A stretch of DNA of 64,000 bases from Priapulus caudatus (lineage: Eukaryota): the NCBI RefSeq assembly GCF_000485595.1, contig NW_014577069.1, forward strand, positions 662,354-726,353, given 5' to 3'. Both the position numbers and the translations under genes were made by a program. Each line of letters opens with the position of its first letter. Position 1 is the stretch's first letter. Of this stretch, positions 1 through 64,000 are shown piece after piece. The notes below the pieces were generated by a model. It was not told the origin of the DNA. It made no database searches and saw nothing but the letters and a program-made list of their open reading frames with translations.

Positions 1-42
<42 letters not shown>

Positions 43-357
43 TCACTATCACTACTACCACTGCTGCTACTACTAATATTGCTACTTCTGCTGCTGCTGC
101 TACTACTGTCGCTAACGCCGCAACGACTACCACTACCACCACAACTATGTCAATATATTACGAGTTTAAGAAATGCACAAGGTGTCAAGAGACATGATTT
201 AACGACGCATACTCGCGAATCCTGTTCTTCGCGGAAACGGATACATGCGCGCACAGTATACAGAACCAAGCTACCTCTCTCTGCTCTCTTTTCTCTCTCT
301 CTCTCTTTCTCTTTCTCTCTCTCTCTTTCTACTTCTACCTCTCTACCTCTCTCTGAT

Positions 358-407
<50 letters not shown>

Positions 408-887
408 ACTTCTATACCTATCTACCCCTCTAAACTCAAAGCTACGCGCTCTCGTCTTGTAACTAGCTAGAAGCCTGCGTATGCATGTATAGCAGCGGTT
501 CTCCCGGTGCCGCAATTACGCACACTAAAGGACGCTACCAATCTATCGTGCGTTGAAAAAAAAACACTTGACAGCCTTCGACGCAAGGTAAACATGATAG
601 ATGAAATGCTTGGGAGTGTTATTGATTTCCTGACGCTAAAAAATGCGCTCGTGGACTATCGCAATGTACGCTGTAATTTTAGGGGATTCATTCTACGAAG
701 GTTGACACACAATACTACGAATAGCCAACAGCCGGACTTTAAACAGAGTTTGCATTAAGCAATGAAATGTAAACGCAATGCGCACGCATAATCTGTCATA
801 TTCATTTCCAATTGAGTTATATATTAAATGTGCCATATTACGCTGTTATTTGTTACTAAATCTCAGCGCGCGTGCGTACGTGTGCAC

Positions 888-927
<40 letters not shown>

Positions 928-957
928 GTGTGTGTGTGTGTGGTGTGTGTGTGTGTG

Positions 958-1002
<45 letters not shown>

Positions 1003-1049
1003 TGCGGACTCGTGAGTGTGTATGTGTGTTCTGTGTGTGCGCCCGTAAG

Positions 1050-1084
<35 letters not shown>

Positions 1085-1862
1085 GTGTGTGTGGTTGTTG
1101 TGTGTGTGTGTGTGTGTGTGTGAAGTGTATGACTGTGTGTTTGTGTCGTGCTGGTGTGTGTACGTGTGCGTCTGTAAATGTTTCGGAATCAACATTACGG
1201 ATGGATGGGCTACTACGAGGGAACAATAACATAAGTTATAAAAAACACTAACTACCCCCCCCCCCGCCCGCAGGTCACTCTCTGGCAAACCTCGCCGTGA
1301 TACGACGAAAACAAGAATTTTTTCAAAATCGCGCAGCATAACACCCGCGTGTTATCAGATGCATGCGATACGCGCGCGGACGCAGAGCGCAGTACATGCA
1401 AGGCAATACCTGACTGCGGCGTTGTTGGCTATTAATCATGTGGACGGTATCCGCGACCATTATGCGGCGTAAATAATGTACGCGTTTGCTTTACGCCTCG
1501 TGCACATGAATGGAAGCCGAGCGTAAGAGGCCACGAACATCTGCTCTCGCGCGCGCTGCTCTCTCTGTCTGTATGTCTTCTCTCTCTCTCTCTATTGTCC
1601 TAGTCTGTCCTGTCGCGCTCTTCCTTCTGCTCTCTCTCTTCTCTTGCCTCTTCTCTTGTTTTTTTCTCAAATATCCTTTGGCTCTTCTTCTCGCTCTCTT
1701 TCTCACTATCTCTGCCTCTCTTCTCTCTCTCGCTCGTCTCTCTCTTCTCTCTCTCTCTCTCTCTCTACCTTCTCGCTCTTCATATACTCTCTCTCTCTCT
1801 CTGCTCTCTCTCGCATCTAAATACCTCCTCTCTGCTCCTCTTCCCTTCTCTCTCTCTCAATC

Positions 1863-1929
<67 letters not shown>

Positions 1930-2114
1930 GCCGTCATTTCATGCAGTCAAATGTAAACTCAGTAAGCTGTGTGATTGTTTTCATGTACGTTGCCGATGCG
2001 TGTCTCCCACGCCGGAACTCCATTAGTCGCCTACTCGCCCGTGTATGTGCCTGCGCGCGCCACGATTCATATACATCATACAATATATTATTAAGACGTT
2101 AACAAACCGACGAT

Positions 2115-2410
2115 CGCGGTCGATTTTGGTCGGATTTCGCGGTCCGGATTTCGCGGTTCGGATTTCGCGGTCCGATTTCGGGTTTCGGATTCGCGGTCGG
2201 ATTTCGGATTTTGTGATCGTGTTTCCTGATCGGGTTTCGGATTCGCGGTCGGATTCGCGGTTCGGATTTCGCTATTCGGAGTTCGGATTAGCGGTCGAAT
2301 TTCGGATTCGCGGTCGGATTTCGCATTCGCGGTCGGATTTCGGATTCGAGTCGGATTTCGGATTCGAGGTCGGATTCGCGGTCGGATTTCGGTCGGATTT
2401 CGCAATCGCG
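2115..2410 (+). repeat. CpG-rich minisatellite, ~(GGATTTCGCGGTC)n
   Basis: Repeated ggatttcgcggtc / ggattcgcggtc units. Confidence 0.85.
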
Positions 2411-3295
2411 GACGCGGACAAAACCGACGATAACACTTACGCGCCCGATCACTACGATACTTTGACAATGGTACCTACCCCTCTCCCCCACTCGTGCGTC
2501 AGTTGTATTATGCTCATGATACGAGCGTAATCTGAGGTTCGCGGTTCCACATTTATTCATTATCGTCGAGGGAAGTATCCGCACGGCAATGAGCCGATAT
2601 GACGGCAGTATAGCTCGCGATATGATGAAAGCACCGCGGAGAATATTGTGGAATCGTAATGAACGCATAATTTACGCGCGGAGGATGATATGGGGATTCA
2701 TAGCGTGGACCCGGCGAGACAGGACGCCGTAGTTTATGAAATGATTATAGTTATACCTATCAACTGTAATGCCGTTTTGATGAGTATCCCGTAGTTGAGG
2801 ATAAACAGCATTGTATGCGCGCAATATATCGCACTTTCAATACTGACACGGGAAAGCTATTGAAATCCTCATTTGAATGAATGATATTCCTTAGAGTAAA
2901 TAGTCCCTCATCCAATAAATTCCTTATGATTGTGTACAAGCGAACGATACTGTAGGGCCTACTCAGCCCTGCAATACGTATTGCACTCGCTTCCACCCCT
3001 CCCCTTCCCTATAGGAAGCTTGACTCCATCCTTCGGTACTCACAGCCTTGCAATACGTATCGCACTCGCTTACTCGAATGTATTCCTCGAATGTATTCCT
3101 GGCCCGATACGGAGCACGAATCTCTCCTTCAGTACTCACAACCCTGCAATGCGCATCGCACTCCCCCTCACCTCTTCACCCTCACCGATACGGAGCATGA
3201 CTCACTCCCTTATTCCTTCTCTTCCTCATCTCCTATTCTCTTTCTCTCCTTTTCACTCAGCATTAACTGATTCCACGTCGTCTTAGCATTCACAG

Positions 3296-54470
<51,175 letters not shown>

Positions 54471-56597
54471 TAGACGTAGAATCGCTGCACGCTAGATGTT
54501 GCCCGTTAGATGTGTAAAATATCACAGTGTAAACTAATAGTACATGATATATATATATATATTATTATTATTATTATTATTATTATCAGCATGTGAATAT
54601 ATCAAGTGCCGTAAAAGCCCGACGTCGGACGTTGGTAACATTTGATTGTACTAGATAGTTCCTAGATTGGCTCATTCAAATGTTCACTCACACAATTTGA
54701 ATGGTAGTTCTGATTTCAATACGCGTTTTCAACGAAATCCGCGTAACAGAACAAATGACTCAACTTACAAATGATTTACCTTCAAAGTGATTGCAGTTGG
54801 GAATTCATTTTTACAACTACTGCGTTCGTGGTAATTGGCACCTACATATGAGTTGGAAGCATTAAAAATCGTTCCATGTAAATATGCCGGCTATGTACTA
54901 TTGCATAATTATATTTCGATAGGTGGAATTTCAGACAGTTTTACAGATGTGATATTGCAGGAAATGAAGAGCAGGAATGATGTTTAACTCGCTTGGCAGA
55001 TTAAACAGATCTCTCCTAATTACAAAAAAACAATAGCTATTTGAAACCATTGACGTTTATTTAATCTTTGAGTGTTCAAGAAAAAAACATTACGAATACA
55101 ACAGTATGCTATGCGGTTGATATTCTTATATTTCTAGTCCATAATAAACACTATCGTAAAGAGCTAAAATATTGAATAATTTAAAGACAACCGCGTAAAT
55201 ATATTTAGTATACATTTTAGTATACAACTCGTTTTACTGAACCAGGATGACGCACGAATTGAAATGCGTATAACTAAAAGAGAAGAGGACGGTTAAATAC
55301 ATTAGTGCAAAAAGCAAGTTGAGTCTAGTTATCACACTGAAACTGTCATAGGTGATGATGACCCGTGAAGGCCGTGTGCTTCGCCGTATCCATAAGATCG
55401 AATTGCTTTATAGCAATATCTTTTCGTGTGTGAATAATTATTATATGTCTCGCAAATACGTTTATGTATAATATATGTCAGTGGAGACGATACAATATTA
55501 ATGATTCTGTTATTTAGTGAAATGTATCGAGGAATATGTTACTACATGCGCACGAGCACATTAGATTCATTCGATAAATTAAAGCGAATAAAATAACTAC
55601 TCATCCGTTTGCTAAACGTGAAATGCAATTACGCACAACACCACACGGAAAGCCTATACTGATTCAGTGCCAAATATGTGAGGCAGACGGGAGGACGCCA
55701 TTTCCATAAACCTTTACCTGTCGTTCGAGAAACTAGAGTCACGAAAATTTACTCGAGCGTTTTAAACTACATTATGTGATACTTTACGCAAATTCATAGC
55801 TTGTACTACATATTGCAACATATTAATTGTGATGCTTGTTTTGAGAATGTGGAAAGTACCATAATAGAAAATATAAACTATTTAAACAATTACTCGTTAA
55901 ATTAATATATACTCTATATATAACAAAGCTCTTTCATGCATGATACAGCGATCTTATGACCTGCGGAACACTGCACTGATTACGGATAGATCATGTAACA
56001 GTCAGTAGTATTTAACTACAATTATAATTGGTAATAGTGTTACTTCTAATTAACATAAATCGATGTATTTTCAATAATTTATTTCTATTATTTATAAATT
56101 TTTTTATTCTTAATAATTATTCTGATCCATATTATATAATATCCTATATTATTCTTAATATTCTAGCACTATTATTATTATTAATATTTATTTATTCATA
56201 CACGCATGCGCAGATTGTGCTCGCGCATGTCTCTCCTGCCGTCCGGTCGGCCAGGTTTTGAAAAGTTCTCAGTGCCTTGATTAGTTCTCCGCCTCAACTC
56301 CACAGACGCAGCTGTAATCGGCATTGTTCGGCGCCGGTTGGGCATTGTTCGGTAATTACCGGCGCACAATGACGTAATTGCCGATATTGTCTGCGCTCCC
56401 TGCTCCAGCCGATCCCTCTCGTCAGGTGAGCGGGTCGCAGCGCCGTCGGCCGCCAATCATTCATTATGAGCGCGCCCGCACCGGGAGACATTCGGGGCGT
56501 TCTGTTGTGATATACCTGCGAAGTTAACAAGTACTCAAACACACGATCGCAGACAAGGAGCCAGTAGCATGCGGCTAACTTTCCTTTCACTTTTCCA

Positions 56598-59748
<3,151 letters not shown>

Positions 59749-60271
59749 GCAGCTCGTTTGTGGGCGAGCTCAAAATATTTCGGGTTGTTTTTCGCACTCG
59801 TAATGGGGTGCAGCTCAGTCAATAAGCCGGCATCCTGCGGCATCGCGGCAGATAATGAATGCGCCTCCCCCGACGTATTGTCCACCTCTTGCTGACCGTT
59901 GTCCGTCGCGCAATGTGCACACAATGCTTGCGTAAGGCATTGTATGTTTGGGGAGGGGTAGTGCATAGACGCGGCCGGCGGGGATCCTGTTCGCCGCTGC
60001 GCCACCATTGAAGCCCGTGCTGACTAGCCAATCCCGATAGCCCGCCATTCAGCACAAGTGCAAATAGTTTGTGCTGTGTCAGCGTGCTGTGTAGCCAGGT
60101 GAGCCAGACAGAAGTTGACCACGGTAAGAGGTACATTTTTCTTCTCTCTCGGCGCTGCCCAGTGGCATCCGGCGGCAGCGTGGACCCCCTGCAAGATTCC
60201 TCTCGACAACCCCCGTGTATGAGATAGATATATTCGTAGTCGTCGTCATCGTCGTCGTGTGAAACTTCATA

Positions 60272-60792
60272 ATGCTGCACCAGCATCAGATATCTCCCTG
60301 CTCCGAGCAGAGCTACGGATACTCGCAGTACGGAGACCCGGACGCCGGCGGCGGTTACTACAAGGATGTTTACACGGTAACGCCGACGGCAAGTCCCGTA
60401 GGCACGGGAGAGCACACGCCGATGCCGGAACCTTCTCCAGGTTACTTCTACCCGTATCAGGAGGTAAAACCCGAACCGGGACAACTCGTGTATAAACAGT
60501 ACGGCGATTCCGGACAGTCGGTTTACAACGGGCCGTCGCAGTATACCCCTTCCGAACAGGAGAGTCCGTACGGACCGAGTGTTGGGGTCGTAGCAGGAGG
60601 AGGAGGCGGCGGTGGCATCGGAGGGGGAGGAGAAGGAGGAGGAGGGTTCTCTCTTCCCGGTCAGAGCAGCGGTCGCATGACGCATGCGATGCAAACGCAG
60701 CCGGGGAAGGTTTGCGTCCAGCTGGTCAATCGCGAGCTTTGGTTGAAGTTCCACGAACACACGACTGAGATGATCATCACGAAACAAGGACG
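60272..60792 (+). CDS. eomes: T-box transcription factor of the Eomesodermin/T-brain (Tbr1) subfamily, first coding exon
   Basis: ATG preceded by an in-frame TGA (60260). Tyr/Pro/Gly-rich N-terminus, then T-box start '[28 protein letters not shown]'; [16 protein letters not shown] is characteristic of Eomes/Tbr1/Tbx21. Phase-2 donor cg|gtaaat at the conserved GR^RMFP intron position. Exon 2 is not in the window. Confidence 0.88.
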
Positions 60793-61249
60793 GTAAATAT
60801 GCCATCGTACTATTAACGAAATATGAAACATCTCATTTAAAAATCGAAACAAGGACGGTAACTATGCATACGTTCTAGTAACGACTGTATAACAAACGTA
60901 AATATGAAACATCTCATTTAAAAATCGAAACAAGGACGGTAACTATGCATACGTTCTAGTAACGACTGTATAACAAACGTAAATATGAAACATCTCATTT
61001 AAAAAATCGAAACAAAGACGGTAAATATGCCATCGTATTATTAACGAATGCAACGAACGGAAATATGAAATATTTTCATTTAAAAATCGAAACAAGGACG
61101 GTAAGAACTCATCAGATACGTTTTAAAAACCCGACTCGTATTAATCGAACCCGAAAATATGAAACATTTTTATTTACAAAATCGAAACAAGGGCGGTAAA
61201 TATGCTAACGTACTTTTATTATCGAACGTAAACATGAAACATCTCATTT
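60781..61249 (+). repeat. Tandem repeat (six units, 65-95 bp) containing the exon end and donor site of the T-box exon
   Basis: gaaacaaggacg|gtaa (or a one-mismatch variant) at 60781, 60846, 60927, 61009, 61089, 61184. Confidence 0.9.
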
Positions 61250-62544
61250 GCGCTCGCGATTCCTCACTTCCGGTGTCGAAGTATTGGTTAGATTTAACGA
61301 TTATTAAACTCGTCGGTCTCTGTTTTGTTATTATGATATTATAGCGGCATGATCATGTAGAAATATCTCATGTTTCATAATATTACTTTTAAACTACAGT
61401 GGTCTTAATTAGTTCTCGTTGAAAGGTGGCGCACACCCAGCGCAACACGGCATTGCCGCTTTGCTATGTCTCGTGTATTTGTGTCCGTTAGCTTTGTCGT
61501 AGATAATTATCACAGAGTCAGTGCTTGCTATTTTACTTATTATCATATTATTTATTATTATATTTATATTATATTATTTTATTTATATTATTATAATATT
61601 ATTTATTATCACATATTTTTTATCACTTAATTATACTTACAAGAAACATGTGATTTTCTCATAGTTTTAGGGGAACATGCATGCGCTTGGTTGCGAATAC
61701 TCCACGCTAGCTTGATTAAGGTGGCACGCACACATGTATAATTGCTGCACGGCGGAACTGGTTTACGGCCGGCGTGGGTTGTTTGTGTGGGATCGGTTAC
61801 AAGTTACGTACCCGCCTCCGTTTCTCACTCTCGTTGACGCCTCGTTAACTAGAATTACATGCGCTCATTGCTACCCACCACCCGCAACCAGAGGCGGTCA
61901 CGATGATACCTACTATCGCGTGACACAGCACACTGACTGATTATTAAAACTACTCACTATTATTAATGATTGAGTATTTATATCGGACACGGGGTGCAAT
62001 GATAGCTTACGTAATCTAAGCTGGTTGGTCGGTATTTATTATTTTCTTCATTCTATGCGATATAGCATTGTATTATATATATATATTTATTTATTTATTT
62101 AAATAATACGAAAAATACGAGCCGGCTAACATCAGGCAATTGTAACCAGATTCCTTATTATTCAGCAGATGCAAGATATTTTGTCACGCTTACGGTTAAA
62201 CCATTTGAGGTTGACTATGCACTATATGATACTATATATGACATTATATCATATGTGAGTCGGATAAAAAAAAAAGTCTGACAGATTTCACAATAAGACA
62301 CGAGTTATTCTAGATACAGGCTTTACAATTATTAACGCTTTGCCGTTGTTTATAGCCGAGATAGTTTCCTTTAATAAATTATGCCAATAGAGAAGGGGAA
62401 AGCACGCGCGAAAGAGAGGGGGGAGTATAAGAGTATAAGTAGGAAGGATGAGAGGAAAATCTAATATAGAGACAGTCAGTGTGCGCGAGAAAGACCGCGA
62501 AGGAAGAAGGAGAGAGGGAGCGACAGCAGGTTTGTGAGCGCGCG

Positions 62545-62940
62545 CGTGTGTGTTTGTGAGAGGGTGGCGGGAGAGAGTGTGCGCGTGTGTTTGCGAGAGG
62601 GTGGTGGGAGAGAGTGTGCGCGTGTGTTGTGAGAGGGTGGTGGGAGAGAGTGTGCGCGTGTGTTTGTGAGAGGGTGGTGGGAGAAAGTGTGCGCGTGTGT
62701 TTGTGAGAGGGGAGGGTGGGAGAGAGTGTGCGCGGGTGTTTGTGAGAGGGGTGGGTAGGGAGAAAGTGAGCGCGTGTGTTTGTGAGAGGGGTGGGTAGGG
62801 AGAGAGTGTGCGCGTGTGTTTGTGAGAGGGGTGGGTGGGGAGAGAGTGTGCGCGTGTGTTTGTGAGAGGGGTGGGTGGGGAGAGAGTGTGCGCGTGTGTT
62901 TGCGAGAGGGGTTGGTGGGGAGAGAGTGTGCGCGTGTGCG
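62545..62940 (+). repeat. 37-40-bp G-rich minisatellite in T-box intron 1
   Basis: About ten units of tgtgagaggggtgggt(a/g)gggagagagtgtgcgcgtgtgtt. Confidence 0.9.
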
Positions 62941-64000
62941 GCGTGGGGGGGTGATGATGATCCGCAGACATGAAGGCAGATTAAATGTGATCTTTTATGG
63001 AAATGTAAATAACGCTATACGCTAACGCCATAGCGGAAAGCGTAGATCCATATATTAGGCAAGCATTATGTATACATCTCGTAGAGTTATTTCTATATAA
63101 TTGTCTCGCTTATCTATATCAAGGCATAATGAACTATATACCGCGACTTTCCTTGATATGACGACATTCTAAAACGCACAAACTCTTGATATATTTACGG
63201 CCGATAAGCAATTTCGGAGAAATTATGAAAACAACACCCGAACTTGATTTTAAATAAGCACAGACGAAACATTCGCTTCGTTCGTTTTTCTCTACCAGTT
63301 AAAGGGGCTATATCATCGAAAATTGTACTAGCATTCTTTGACACTATAAACTGCTAAAATATGTAATATATAATAATATCTAATGTTTAATATTTCAGCG
63401 TTTTGTTAATTTTTATGATAAGGTTGTTTTCAACACCTCTCATATAGAGAGAAATTGCAACGCGTACATTAGCTCAAACTATCTAGAATGTTTTTATATT
63501 CCAGTCATTCCAGCCACAATGTTACCAGTCATGAGATTGTACGTGAAATGTGACATGCTAATAATAAGATATAAATACCGGACCTATACAGTTTGTACCA
63601 TTAAGATTCTAGCAGACATCGGAGTGTATAAGCGGCGTACGCGTTTGACCGCGTACGTTTCCGAGATAAACTAGAGAGGCAAAGCAAAATCAACGTTTGT
63701 TCGTTGCGAGGCGCTTAATTGCCGCTCTGAACAAATTGCATCGCGCGTGTAATCGTTTCACTGTCGGCATTGTCCGCTAGATCAACCCCGCTAAGCGAAC
63801 ACCTGCATCGCAACCCATTGCCTTCGCCGTGCCCTGCCCTGCGTCACGACCCATTGCTCGTAGTTGACACCGCAATCGGCGGCCCAACCGGTCCGCACCG
63901 CAGATGTCCCGCGTTGTTTGAGTGGGGGATAGTCGCGAGGCATTCAGCCGCCAATCAACGCCACAAATGCGTAACTTACGCGCCGCGGGAAAACAAGAGA

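Noticed and set aside
79..1956. ORFs of poly-CV, HT, LS or RE here and throughout the window
   Set aside because: Translations of (GT)n, (CA)n, (CT)n and (GA)n microsatellites; no domain content.
2468..2530. Possible signal-peptide exon (MVPTPLPHSCVSCIMLMIR)
   Set aside because: Weak hydrophobic core, and the nearest donor is phase 2 whereas the next exon needs phase 1.
59819..60805. 328-aa minus-strand ORF
   Set aside because: Antisense shadow of the GC-rich T-box exon; no recognisable domain.
60781..61249. CRISPR-like appearance (conserved motif with variable spacers)
   Set aside because: Spacers are homologous to each other, the context is a eukaryotic intron, and there are no cas genes.

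Overview
Repeat-rich animal (invertebrate bilaterian) genomic DNA with two intron-containing genes on the + strand. (1) A GRL101-like leucine-rich-repeat GPCR spans about 3.3-54.5 kb. It has 11 distinct phase-1/1 LDL-receptor class A exons, an LRR N-cap exon, 7 phase-2/2 LRR exons, hinge/TM1, TM2-TM3 and TM7 exons, and a ~200-aa cytoplasmic tail exon. The signal-peptide exon and the TM4-TM6 coding sequence are not present. (2) The first coding exon of an Eomesodermin/T-brain-type T-box gene lies at 60272-60792 and continues beyond the window. The assembly shows clear artefact signatures: two 25-N gaps, duplicated blocks with insertion-biased errors that duplicate and permute LDLa exons 4-10, and an exon cut off at a (GT)n run. 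Other features are a 674-bp foldback MITE, many micro/minisatellites, and tandem repeats in both genes that amplify an exon end together with its 5' splice site. Most ORF-track entries are microsatellite read-throughs. I found no convincing wholly new biological system; the donor-site arrays are the most unusual real-looking signal.
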